The notes under the pieces are model-generated. The model searched no databases, was not told the origin of the DNA, and saw nothing but the letters and a program-made list of their open reading frames with translations. The position numbers and the translations under genes were made by a program. Shown here piece after piece: positions 1-8,165 of a DNA stretch of 44,452 nucleotides; the first letter of the stretch is position 1, and every line of letters starts with the position of its first letter. Source of the stretch: Candidatus Giovannonibacteria bacterium RIFCSPLOWO2_02_FULL_43_54 (GTDB lineage Bacteria; Patescibacteriota; Minisyncoccia; UBA11713; 2-01-FULL-45-33); the NCBI GenBank assembly GCA_001778875.1, contig MFIK01000037.1, positions 1 through 44,452 of the forward strand, in the 5' to 3' direction.

Positions 1-372
1 CGCGCGCATGATTTTGCTGGAAACTACAGGGAAGCTCATCAGAAATTGAAGATCGCCTACAGCATTTTGCAGAATTTAGGGCCCGACGGAATAAATGTGA
101 GAAGCAATGTGGTTTTGCCGTGGTCAGCGGTTTATGTTATTTTGGTGTTTTTGATAATTTTGACGCTTTACGCGGCGCATTTCGTCTTTGACCGCCACAG
201 GGAAATCGAGCGAAAATTGGCCATGGGAATTTTGAATCTTGTTGAACACTCGGTTTCGCAAAGACTTAACGTGCTGAAGCAAAAGCGGGAAGAATTTGAT
301 AAGGATAAATTTAAATCGTTCCACGATAAGCGGGAAAATTATTTTAAGGAACATTGGGATGAAAAGAAATAA
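1..372 (+). CDS. hypothetical membrane protein, C-terminal part (frame open to window edge)
   Basis: Frame 1 has no stop from nt 1 (RAHDFAGNYREAHQK...), so the TTG at 46 is probably not the start. It has one hydrophobic helix (VVLPWSAVYVILVFLIILTLYAA) and a K/E-rich tail. No family recognised. Confidence 0.4.
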   Translation, partial: RAHDFAGNYREAHQKLKIAYSILQNLGPDGINVRSNVVLPWSAVYVILVFLIILTLYAAHFVFDRHREIERKLAMGILNLVEHSVSQRLNVLKQKREEFDKDKFKSFHDKRENYFKEHWDEKK

Positions 373-373
373 T

Positions 374-1177
374 ATGACAAATCCTAAGCACGAAATCCTA
401 AATTCTAAACAAATTCAAAATTTCAAATTCGAAATTCAAAACGTTTTGAAATTGGGATTTTTGATTTTGGTATTGTTTAGTGTTTCGATGTTAGGATTTA
501 GTGTTTTCGCCCTGGCGGCGGAGCAGACTACCATCTCTCCTCCTTTGATTACGCTTGTCCCAAAAGATCTCGGAAATAACGAAATATGGTACATTGGCGG
601 CGCGGCATCCGTTCCCCAAGCCGAAGTCGTTATTTATCTTCAGGGCGCGCAGGGAGAAACTTTGAGTTTTACGGCCAAATCTAATGAAAAAGGCGAATGG
701 TTTTACACGCATAATTCGTTTCTCAAAGAAGGCGTTTATAAAAGCTGGGCGCAATTAAAGATCGGCGGGGAATTTTCCCCGCCTGGGCCGGAAGTGTCGT
801 TTGAGATCGTTCCAACCGCGCTCCGAATTGGGACATATCGTGTTAGCTACGAAATGCTTTATCTAGCGTTAGCATTAGCGCTTCTTATGGCGCTTATCGC
901 GTTGGCTTCGTTCGTCATATATCACTTTAGGAGTTTTAGAATAAAGAACGCGCGCTTGCATAAAGAAATAAGGGAAGCCGAGGAAGAAGCGCGGAGGGGG
1001 CTCGATCTTTTGAGAATGGATATTAAAGATGAAATAGAATTCATTTCCAAGATTCGGAAGTCACGGGAGCTCTCCATCGAGGAGCACAGGCGCGAAGAGA
1101 AACTGATGCACGACCTCGATCTGGTGGAAAGGCATCTCCTGAAAGAGATAAGTGACATAGAGCCCGCGTTGTCGTAA
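374..1177 (+). CDS. hypothetical single-pass membrane protein (beta-rich ectodomain, C-terminal TM, coiled-coil tail)
   Basis: I take the ATG at 374 because the track start at 296 overlaps the upstream ORF. The N-terminal ~44 codons are encoded by a palindromic repeat (379-503). A second TM is LYLALALALLMALIALASFVIY, followed by an E/R/K-rich tail. An alternative start is the ATG at 488. Confidence 0.5.
   Translation: MTNPKHEILNSKQIQNFKFEIQNVLKLGFLILVLFSVSMLGFSVFALAAEQTTISPPLITLVPKDLGNNEIWYIGGAASVPQAEVVIYLQGAQGETLSFTAKSNEKGEWFYTHNSFLKEGVYKSWAQLKIGGEFSPPGPEVSFEIVPTALRIGTYRVSYEMLYLALALALLMALIALASFVIYHFRSFRIKNARLHKEIREAEEEARRGLDLLRMDIKDEIEFISKIRKSRELSIEEHRREEKLMHDLDLVERHLLKEISDIEPALS
379..503 (+). 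repeat. palindromic repeat family, copy A (imperfect ~125-nt palindrome centred on caaaacgttttg at 442/443)
   Basis: The left arm is aaatcctaagcacgaaatcctaaattctaaacaa. The right arm ...ttgtttagtgtttcgatgttaggatttag is its imperfect reverse complement. The left arm matches copy B at 34 of the first 36 nt. Confidence 0.75.
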
Positions 1178-1183
1178 AATTAT

Positions 1184-1306
1184 AAAATCCTAAGCACAAA
1201 ATCCTAAATTCTAAATAAATCACAATTCTCAAAATCAAAAAGTTTAAAACATTAGAATTTCGGATTTAGAAATTGTTTAGGATTTAGATATTAGAAATTA
1301 GAATTT
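1184..1306 (+). repeat. palindromic repeat family, copy B (intergenic, between the 374-1177 gene and dnaG)
   Basis: aaaatcctaagcacaaaatcctaaattctaaataaa ... tttagaaattgtttaggatttagatattagaaattagaattt. It has the same orientation as copy A and starts 7 nt after the stop codon at 1177. Confidence 0.7.
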
Positions 1307-1329
1307 ATTCATAAGATATTCACAAAAAC

Positions 1330-3045
1330 GTGAGTCAAGTAGAGGACATAAAAACCAAAATAGATATCATTGATCTTGTCGGCTCCTATATTCGGCTTAC
1401 AAAAGCCGGATCTAATTTTAAGGCAAGATGCCCATTTCATAACGAGAAAACGCCGTCTTTTAATGTTTCCCCTGCCAGGCAGATATGGCATTGTTTCGGC
1501 TGCGGAAAGGGCGGGGATGTCATAGAATTCGTAAAAGAGATCGAAGGCGTCGAATTTTTTGAAGCGCTAAAAATGCTGGCTGACCGCGCTGGTGTAGAGC
1601 TGGTTCATGAAGACGCGTCCGCAAAAAACGAGAGAACGAGGACGTTTTCGCTTTTGGAAGATGCCGCGAAGTTTTATGAAGAGGAGCTCGCGCATTCCGA
1701 TTTTCTCGCGCTTAACCCTCTCTACGGGGGCTCCGACGCGTCTCCAAAATCGGAATGCGCTCGCTCTCCTCTTGCATACTTAAGATCTCGAGGCCTTATC
1801 GACGAAACTATCAAAGAATTCCGCATCGGCTACGCGCCGCAGGAATGGAAAAGCATATTTAATCATCTTTTGGAGAAGGGTTTTAAGGCGGATGAAATAG
1901 AATGCGCGGGGCTTATTGTAAAATCGCAAAATTCCAAAGTGGCTGCACAAAATTATTACGACAGGTTCAGAGGCCGGATAATGTTTCCGATATTTGATGC
2001 TTTGGGAAGGGTGATAGCTTTCGGAGGGCGCATGTTCCCGGATAGGGAGAACGAGGCAAAGTATGTGAATTCTCCAGAGACTAATTTATACCAAAAAAGC
2101 AAAGTTCTCTATGGTTTTAATAAATCAAAAAGCGCAATCTTAAAAGCCGGTGAATGCATTGTTGTTGAGGGCTATATGGATATGATCATGTCTTACCAGT
2201 CTGGCGTAAAAAATGTTGTGGCATCTTCCGGCACGGCGCTTACCGCTGACCAATTGAAAATTTTGCGCCGGCTTTCAGAGAAATTGATCACGGCGTTTGA
2301 TATGGATAAAGCCGGCGAGGACGCGGCGAGGCGCGGGATCGCGCTGGCGCTAACCGAAGGCTTCGAGGTGGGAGTCGCCGGCTCGCTTTCAGGATTAAAA
2401 GACCCCGCTGATGCTGTGCGGAAAGACCCCAAAATTTGGAAGGATGCCGTTAAAAACTCCAGGCATGTTATCCAATTTTATATCGATACGGCGCTTGCTA
2501 AATTTCCGGCGTCATCACACGAAGCAAAAAGGGAATTTCAAAGGACCGTAATACCGGCGATTGTATCGCTACCGGATTTGGAAAAAGCGCATTGGATAAA
2601 GCAGATCGGAAAAACACTGGATATCGCGGAGGAGGCCGTTTGGGAGGCGCTTCGGAAATTACAAAATCCAAATAACAAATTACAAACAGCGGAAAACGAA
2701 ATTAAGCAGGCAGCTCCAAATGACAGGAAGCTATTGCTTGAAGGCAAAATATTGGGTATATTGGCACAATATCCGATGTTGGCGGACAAGGTAGAATCGA
2801 ACTTCGAGCCATTACTCCAAAGAAAAGGCACTGCCGCAGTTTTCGCCGAACTTTTTTTAAACGGCGCGATCGAAGCAGAAACAGAATTAGCGCACTGTCA
2901 GCGAGAGTTAAAGAAAGAATATTTGAAAGCGCGGCTCGAGAATTTATCGCAAATCATGCGTGAAGCCGAGAAAAACGGGAATGGCGGCGACCGGAACATT
3001 TTAGAGTTCCAAAGACTGATGTCGGAACTTTCTAAAATGCAATAA
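1330..3045 (+). CDS. dnaG: DNA primase DnaG
   Basis: GTG start. It has a CHC2 zinc finger ([13 protein letters not shown]...[15 protein letters not shown]) and Toprim motifs ([20 protein letters not shown]). It sits directly upstream of rpoD, the classic dnaG-rpoD arrangement. Confidence 0.93.
   Translation: MSQVEDIKTKIDIIDLVGSYIRLTKAGSNFKARCPFHNEKTPSFNVSPARQIWHCFGCGKGGDVIEFVKEIEGVEFFEALKMLADRAGVELVHEDASAKNERTRTFSLLEDAAKFYEEELAHSDFLALNPLYGGSDASPKSECARSPLAYLRSRGLIDETIKEFRIGYAPQEWKSIFNHLLEKGFKADEIECAGLIVKSQNSKVAAQNYYDRFRGRIMFPIFDALGRVIAFGGRMFPDRENEAKYVNSPETNLYQKSKVLYGFNKSKSAILKAGECIVVEGYMDMIMSYQSGVKNVVASSGTALTADQLKILRRLSEKLITAFDMDKAGEDAARRGIALALTEGFEVGVAGSLSGLKDPADAVRKDPKIWKDAVKNSRHVIQFYIDTALAKFPASSHEAKREFQRTVIPAIVSLPDLEKAHWIKQIGKTLDIAEEAVWEALRKLQNPNNKLQTAENEIKQAAPNDRKLLLEGKILGILAQYPMLADKVESNFEPLLQRKGTAAVFAELFLNGAIEAETELAHCQRELKKEYLKARLENLSQIMREAEKNGNGGDRNILEFQRLMSELSKMQ
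1690..1760 (+). repeat. perfect 15-bp inverted repeat (41-nt spacer) inside dnaG
   Basis: gcgcattccgatttt (1690-1704) is the exact reverse complement of aaaatcggaatgcgc (1746-1760). The segment encodes aa 121-144, [24 protein letters not shown]. Confidence 0.9.
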
Positions 3046-3047
3046 TT

Positions 3048-4244
3048 ATGGCAAAAAAAATAAAAACGAAAAAAAAACCGAAAAAACTGATAAAGAAATC
3101 TGCTAAAAAATCAAAGCGGCCTGTTTCGCTTAAGGTCTTAAAGGCTGATTTAAAAAAAGAATTTAGTGGCGAGCGAGTTGAGACAATAATCAAAAAAGGC
3201 AAAGACCGAGGATTTATTACGTATTCGGAGATTTTAAGCGCGTTTCCGCATATCGAGCACGATATTATTTTTTTGGAAGATCTTTACAGTAGGCTGGACA
3301 ACGCCGGCGTTGATGTTCTTGAGGGAAGAGAATTGCTTGAATTGCCTAAGGAGCCGGATGTAAAGATAGGAAAGCGGGAAGCGAAGCGCTTGCTAAGAGA
3401 AGAACATGAACTTTTGGGTTCGGATTCAGTCCAGATGTATTTGAAGGAGATCGGCAGGATATCTCTTTTAAAAGGCGAGGAAGAAAGAGATCTCGCGAAA
3501 AGGATCGAGGCGGGAGACGAAGAGGCAAAAAATAAATTAGCGCAGGCAAACTTGAGGCTGGTCGTCTCTATCGCGAAAAAATATGTGGGCAGGACTCCGA
3601 ACCTCACCCTGCTCGACCTTATCCAGGAGGGGAATATCGGCTTATTCCGCGCGGTAGAAAAATTTGATTGGAGAAGAGGCTATAAATTCTCAACTTACGC
3701 TACATGGTGGATCCGCCAGGCCGTAACCCGTGCGATCGCCGACCAGGGGAAGACAATCCGAATTCCGGTGCATATGGTGGAAACAATTTCAAAATACCAG
3801 CAGGTTTACCGCAGATTGACTCAGGAATTGGGCAGGGATCCGCTGGCCGAAGAAATTGCCTCGGAGATGAGCATGGACGTAGAAAAGATACATCATATTC
3901 AAAAAATTTCGCAGGATACGGTTTCATTGGAATCTCCGGTTGGCGATGACGACGAGGACTCTATGCTCGGTGATTTTATCGAAGACGAAAAAACGCTCTC
4001 TCCTGAGCAGGAAGCGGCAAGAAAACTTTTAAAGGACCATATTTCGGAAATTTTAGTGGACCTTATGCCAAGAGAACAGAAGATTCTCGCCATGCGTTTT
4101 GGTCTGACGGACGGAATAACACACACCCTTGAAGAAGTAGGCAAAGAATTCGGCGTTACCCGCGAGCGCATACGGCAAATTGAAGCCAAAGCCATTGAAA
4201 AAATCCGCCAGCACGACAAAGTGGCAAAATTGCACGGATATTAA
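3048..4244 (+). CDS. rpoD: RNA polymerase primary sigma factor (sigma-70 family)
   Basis: Region 2 ([43 protein letters not shown]), region 3 and region 4 ([20 protein letters not shown]) are all present. The N-terminus is Lys-rich. Confidence 0.95.
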   Translation: MAKKIKTKKKPKKLIKKSAKKSKRPVSLKVLKADLKKEFSGERVETIIKKGKDRGFITYSEILSAFPHIEHDIIFLEDLYSRLDNAGVDVLEGRELLELPKEPDVKIGKREAKRLLREEHELLGSDSVQMYLKEIGRISLLKGEEERDLAKRIEAGDEEAKNKLAQANLRLVVSIAKKYVGRTPNLTLLDLIQEGNIGLFRAVEKFDWRRGYKFSTYATWWIRQAVTRAIADQGKTIRIPVHMVETISKYQQVYRRLTQELGRDPLAEEIASEMSMDVEKIHHIQKISQDTVSLESPVGDDDEDSMLGDFIEDEKTLSPEQEAARKLLKDHISEILVDLMPREQKILAMRFGLTDGITHTLEEVGKEFGVTRERIRQIEAKAIEKIRQHDKVAKLHGY

Positions 4245-4255
4245 ACCGGCGCGTA

Positions 4256-4348
4256 TTATTTTTTGGCCAATATCACGATCATCGCGATAACGCCAAAACC
4301 AGAAGCTCCTCCCGCGCCCATGCCCAAGCCTCCATTATATCCCATCAT
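4256..4348 (-). CDS. possible 30-aa Gly-rich small membrane peptide
   Basis: MMGYNGGLGMGAGGASGFGVIAMIVILAKK. A TATAAT lies 6 nt upstream of the ATG. It is below the ORF-track size cutoff and supported by sequence pattern only. Confidence 0.25.
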   Translation of the reverse strand: MMGYNGGLGMGAGGASGFGVIAMIVILAKK

Positions 4349-4371
4349 AAGGTTATTATAACAAAGCGATC

Positions 4372-4767
4372 TTACTTATTCCAGCATTTTTTTGACCACT
4401 TCCAGGGTGCCGTGCCGTATTTTTCATAGATGGCGAGCGCCACAGCTTCGTTCCCTTCCTCGGTGTAGAGGTCATGCCCGAGCTTTTTGGCCAGGTCGCC
4501 CCAATAAAGGACATTAATCTGGAATTTTCCGATATCATATTTATTGCGTTCTCCCACCAAGACATTTCCGTCGCCGTCGAAATGCCGCCCCTGTGATTCG
4601 CAGGCTGCTATGCGAGTAAGGACATCTGGGAGGGGTTCTTTTGCAATAGCTTGTATTTCCTTCCGTTGCGGGAAAGGAAAGGCGGGTGACGGGCTCATTT
4701 GCTGTTCATAAGCGACCCTTGGTATCGATAATAGCGCGGCAATTGCCGCGAAAACCAGATAATTCAT
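4372..4767 (-). CDS. secreted lysozyme-like / transglycosylase-like domain protein
   Basis: Signal peptide MNYLVFAAIAALLSIP. The motifs IAACESQG and IGKFQIN...YWG resemble the catalytic Glu region of transglycosylase-like (Rpf/SLT-type) domains. Confidence 0.55.
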   Translation of the reverse strand: MNYLVFAAIAALLSIPRVAYEQQMSPSPAFPFPQRKEIQAIAKEPLPDVLTRIAACESQGRHFDGDGNVLVGERNKYDIGKFQINVLYWGDLAKKLGHDLYTEEGNEAVALAIYEKYGTAPWKWSKKCWNK

Positions 4768-4823
4768 ATATTTACCAATATAAAAACGCCTATCTAGGCG
4801 CTATCATATATGGTCTTTTAAGC

Positions 4824-5273
4824 TTACGTCCTTTGTCCGGAAATGTCAACCTGACTTCCTAAATATGTCAAGAAAAAACTCAATATAAAAAGCGTTGTTG
4901 AGGTTATCGCGGAGATGACGCAATAGGTGCAGAGGGCGTGTATAACGAATAGCTGTAGATAAACAAAATAGGCGGAAGCCAAAAAACCGGTGACCGGAAC
5001 ATATTTTAATATTTTAAAAGCCGGCTCGTTTTTAGTGTCAAAATAAAAAACCGAGATGATGAGCATAAATAAATAATATGCCGCGCCGTAAAGTGCCAAC
5101 GGCAGGCCGAAAACTTTTGAATAGGCGCTCGTTGTCACCTGTTCACACCCCTTAAAGATGACGCAGGGGAGAGTCGCATTTTGATAGTGCTCTATCGTAA
5201 GATAAGAAGCATCAAGAAAGCCCAAAAAGCTTACGACAATAAAAACAATAACGATCAGCCTCTGTCTATCCAT
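4824..5273 (-). CDS. vitamin K epoxide reductase (VKOR) family membrane protein
   Basis: Multi-pass membrane protein with a loop Cys pair (LPCVIFKGCEQV) and an in-membrane CxxC (CTYC). It overlaps the upstream dsbA-like gene by 8 nt. Confidence 0.8.
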   Translation of the reverse strand: MDRQRLIVIVFIVVSFLGFLDASYLTIEHYQNATLPCVIFKGCEQVTTSAYSKVFGLPLALYGAAYYLFMLIISVFYFDTKNEPAFKILKYVPVTGFLASAYFVYLQLFVIHALCTYCVISAITSTTLFILSFFLTYLGSQVDISGQRT

Positions 5274-5994
5274 TCGCTTCTTGAATAAGTTTTACGAAAT
5301 CTTCGTATGACCTCGGCTGTATTTTTTTGCCGTTCAAAAAGAATGTGGGAGTTGAATTTACGAAATTGGCAACTCCGCTTTTATATTGGTCCGACACTTT
5401 GTTTTCTATCGCGGGCAAAGAGATGTCCTCGTCATATTTGGTCATATCAAGCTTCAGGGCTTCGGCATATTTCCTGAATATTTCATCCGCGTTTCCCTTT
5501 TCGGCCCAGTCGGTTTGTTTGTCAAATATCATATCGTGCATCTCCCAAAATTTTCCCTGGTTCGCGGCCGCTTCCGAGGCGTAAGCGGCGGGCTTTGCCT
5601 GCGCGTGCTGGGGAAGCGGGAAGTGCCGATAGACGAACAAGAATTCTTGGCCATGTTCTTTTATAAGCTGCTTTACCAGAGGATGATAGGCTTTACAGGC
5701 AGGACACTGAAAGTCGCTATATTCGATAAGGATATTTTTAGAATCCTTGTTGCCTACGGTCAGGTCATCCGGCGATACCGCGGTAGTGATGATTGGCGAT
5801 GGCCCAGGGTCGGAAGATCTATTTGCGAGTATTATCAACCCAAAAACCGAGCCAACAACCAAAAGTCCTACAACGGACCAGATTATGGCGCTTTTCGCGC
5901 GCTTCTTTTTTGCCGCGGTTTCTGCCGCATTTTTCTTTGCGACCCTGTTTATCTCGTATAATTCTTTTTTTGAAAGATTTTGATTGTTTTCCAT
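5266..5994 (-). CDS. DsbA-family thiol:disulfide oxidoreductase, membrane anchored
   Basis: N-terminal TM (IIWSVVGLLVVGSVFGLIILA) and a thioredoxin-fold CxxC (DFQCPACKAYHP). Confidence 0.85.
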   Translation of the reverse strand: MENNQNLSKKELYEINRVAKKNAAETAAKKKRAKSAIIWSVVGLLVVGSVFGLIILANRSSDPGPSPIITTAVSPDDLTVGNKDSKNILIEYSDFQCPACKAYHPLVKQLIKEHGQEFLFVYRHFPLPQHAQAKPAAYASEAAANQGKFWEMHDMIFDKQTDWAEKGNADEIFRKYAEALKLDMTKYDEDISLPAIENKVSDQYKSGVANFVNSTPTFFLNGKKIQPRSYEDFVKLIQEANG

Positions 5995-6012
5995 ATGGAT
6001 GTTATACCTTTT

Positions 6013-6385
6013 TTATCTGTTTGCTGCAAGTTTTAAGATTGCGTCTGTTAACTCCGGAAAATCTTCCTGCAAAAAGTGCCCGCGGTTTTCAAAAATTTGG
6101 GTGTTTGCGCTCGGTAGCGCTTGTTTATATTTTCTCAAGTCCGCGAAGGGGACTACTGGATCATCTTTGCTTTGGTAGAGAAAAATTTTATCGGATTGTT
6201 TCGCAAGTTTTATAAGGTTTCGAGGAAGCTTAAAATCTGCCAAGGAATATTCCGAATTCGCGTCATCGTATGGCGCTGAGACCAAAAAAGTAGCAGTGAT
6301 TTTTTTCTGGAAATCATTTTCAGACAAATACTTTGCGAGTATCGAATGTATCCCCACCGTGTATTACAATTATTTGTTTTTTCAT
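6013..6385 (-). pseudogene. alpha/beta (YdeN/RBBP9-like) serine hydrolase remnant with internal deletion and frameshift
   Basis: The ATG at 6385 opens MKKQIIVIHGGDTFDTRKVFV* (stop at 6320-6322). The C-terminal part (6013-6357, ...AKYLSENDFQKKITATFLVSAPYDD...SKDDPVVPF...RGHF) is in another frame and has only a GTG start. No GxSxG nucleophile motif is left. Confidence 0.55.
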
Positions 6386-6405
6386 ATCGTTTTTGATTTT
6401 TTATT

Positions 6406-6444
6406 CAACATCATACTAACATCCTCAAGTTTATAAGTATGTTG
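6406..6444. promoter_or_regulatory. repeat copy 1 flanking the ArsR-family gene (CAACAT...ATGTTG dyad, core ACATCCTCAAGTTT)
   Basis: caacatcatactaacatcctcaagtttataagtatgttg. It lies between the arsR-like stop (6445) and the hydrolase remnant start (6385). Confidence 0.5.
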
Positions 6445-6750
6445 TCAGGAGCGTTGGAAGGATTGTAAAAAGCGTACGAATGTTTTCCCGTAGGGCGACA
6501 ATGAGTGTTCTACAAATTTACCGCGATATTTCTTGTTTAAAAGCCCGGCCTGATAAAGGCGCCGTGTGTGTTCGCCTATCGTTTTATCGTTCGCCTTAAG
6601 GGCTTCAGTAATGTCTTCAAGAGTAATGCCTTCCTGATCTGCCACCAAAAGCAGTATTTCAATGCGATGGTGGTTCGAAATACCTTTCAAATGCCTCTCC
6701 ATTTGCCTAGCTGTTTTTATATTTGTCATATTGATATGTTGCCACAACAT
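6445..6750 (-). CDS. ArsR/SmtB-family winged-helix transcriptional regulator
   Basis: ISNHHRIEILLLVADQEGITLEDITEALKANDKTIGEHTRRLYQAGLLNKKYRGKFVEHSL. An alternative start is the ATG at 6729 (MTNIKT...). Confidence 0.85.
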   Translation of the reverse strand: MLWQHINMTNIKTARQMERHLKGISNHHRIEILLLVADQEGITLEDITEALKANDKTIGEHTRRLYQAGLLNKKYRGKFVEHSLSPYGKTFVRFLQSFQRS

Positions 6751-6779
6751 TCTTACATTCTCAAGTTTGTTGGGATGTT
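6745..6779. promoter_or_regulatory. repeat copy 2 flanking the ArsR-family gene (core ACATTCTCAAGTTT)
   Basis: caacattcttacattctcaagtttgttgggatgtt. It overlaps the arsR-like 5' end and the stop codon of the kinase gene. Confidence 0.5.
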
Positions 6780-7350
6780 ACTTCAAAAGGTTAGTTGCTT
6801 CTTTGAAGGCATTTTCTACATCATCAAAAACAGGATAGCCGTATTTCTCCGCCTCTTCTTTGTAATGCGGGCGCTCGCCATAGAAAAATGCTTCTGCTTC
6901 AAGCTTTTGAAGCTCTTCGGTTTTACCCCATCTCGGGTCTTTTTTGTTTCTCTCAAAAGTTTCATCAAAAGATTTTCCGATGAGGACAATGCCGGGAAAT
7001 TTTAGATCCCTTTTGGCTAAGTGGGGAAGAATATTTACTCCTTCAAAAATCACCATTTTTTCATTGCTGACAGATTTATCAAGAATTTCTAATATGCCTG
7101 GCCATAAAGCTTCGGATTGTCTTACTAAATTTTGCCATTGTTGATCATGGTTCGTGGACGTATAGTATATTTTTTCGTCCTGATTTAGATAAAAGTTCAC
7201 CCAAGGTTCATATTTCGGATCATTTTCTAATTTTTCACGCAGATCGTCTGTAGAGATGGATTTTCCACCAAGCTCGTCGGTAATTCTTTTCGCCAGATAG
7301 GATTTGCCGGCGGTTGGTATACCGGTAATGAAAATTTTTTTACTACTCAT
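6778..7350 (-). CDS. P-loop kinase-like protein (AAA/2-phosphoglycerate-kinase-like)
   Basis: Walker A FITGIPTAGKSYLAKRI. The size and layout fit a small nucleotide/metabolite kinase. The substrate is unknown. Confidence 0.65.
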   Translation of the reverse strand: MSSKKIFITGIPTAGKSYLAKRITDELGGKSISTDDLREKLENDPKYEPWVNFYLNQDEKIYYTSTNHDQQWQNLVRQSEALWPGILEILDKSVSNEKMVIFEGVNILPHLAKRDLKFPGIVLIGKSFDETFERNKKDPRWGKTEELQKLEAEAFFYGERPHYKEEAEKYGYPVFDDVENAFKEATNLLK

Positions 7351-7838
7351 TTTTTCAATGATAATATCAATCGAGGTTCGCCGTCGCCGTAGTAATTTTC
7401 TTTGCGCGATTCGGTTTTGAAGCCGAATGGTTCATAGAGTTTGATTGCGGCCAAATTGTCCGGATGCGTTACAAGGTTGATTTTTTTTACGTCTTTTAAC
7501 TCATCTAAAATACGGCGAACGATCTTTTTGCCGACACCCTGTTTTTGGAAGCTGGGGAGTATCGCGAGCCCGCTTATGTATACTGAGCCGTCGTTCCGCT
7601 TTTCATAAGACACGTTGCCGAGTATTTCATAACCCTTTTTGACCAAATAGATCGTTTCACCTTTTTTAAAGGCCTCCTCCCATTCGCTTTTTTTCGTCAT
7701 CGCGGAATAAATTTTTGAGCCGGATAAATTGTTCTCTATCATCAACAACTTATCGATATCATTTAGCCCGGCCTTAACCAATTTAAGTTCGTTTGCCAAA
7801 GGTAACTTCATCATGCAGAGGTCATATTTGCCTTTCAA
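7347..7838 (-). CDS. GNAT-family N-acetyltransferase
   Basis: Acetyl-CoA binding motif LAILPSFQKQGVGKKIVRRILDEL. The start may be the internal MMKLPL. Confidence 0.85.
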   Translation of the reverse strand: MKGKYDLCMMKLPLANELKLVKAGLNDIDKLLMIENNLSGSKIYSAMTKKSEWEEAFKKGETIYLVKKGYEILGNVSYEKRNDGSVYISGLAILPSFQKQGVGKKIVRRILDELKDVKKINLVTHPDNLAAIKLYEPFGFKTESRKENYYGDGEPRLILSLKK

Positions 7839-8104
7839 TAAGTCAACGGTTTTTTTGAGATTTTCATATTTTGCTCTGGCGACTTCGATTGCGCCGATGT
7901 AGGTGTCGGTGTAACGCGCAGATCAGCCGTTCCGGCTGATGGAGCGGTGGCCGTGCCTGTGTCGGCAGGCGTGTTCCTGTCCGCGGGTGCGCCTACGGCG
8001 TCCGCGTTTCTCGCGGCGCTTTGTATTTCGTCAGCGGCAGGCGCAAATACGGGCATTATCAAAAAATTTATCGTGAGAATTATTGCTAGGCGCTTCGTCT
8101 TCAT
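7835..8104 (-). CDS. small secreted Ala/Thr/Pro-rich protein
   Basis: Good signal peptide (MKTKRLAIILTINFLIMPVFAPAADE) followed by a low-complexity A/T/P-rich region encoded by a locally GC-rich stretch. Confidence 0.4.
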   Translation of the reverse strand: MKTKRLAIILTINFLIMPVFAPAADEIQSAARNADAVGAPADRNTPADTGTATAPSAGTADLRVTPTPTSAQSKSPEQNMKISKKPLTY

Positions 8105-8165
8105 TAAAAAATATTAGCAAATATCGCCAAATAAAAAAAGCGCCCGGATTACGGCGCCGTTTGTG

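Noticed and set aside
296-373. Upstream extensions of track ORFs (296-373 before ATG 374; 32761-32874 before ATG 32875; 28938-28952; 27578-27592; 25041-25055)
   Set aside because: The extensions overlap the preceding gene or begin at non-ATG codons, and a well-placed ATG follows. For 32761 the extension is simply the secA C-terminus read in another frame.
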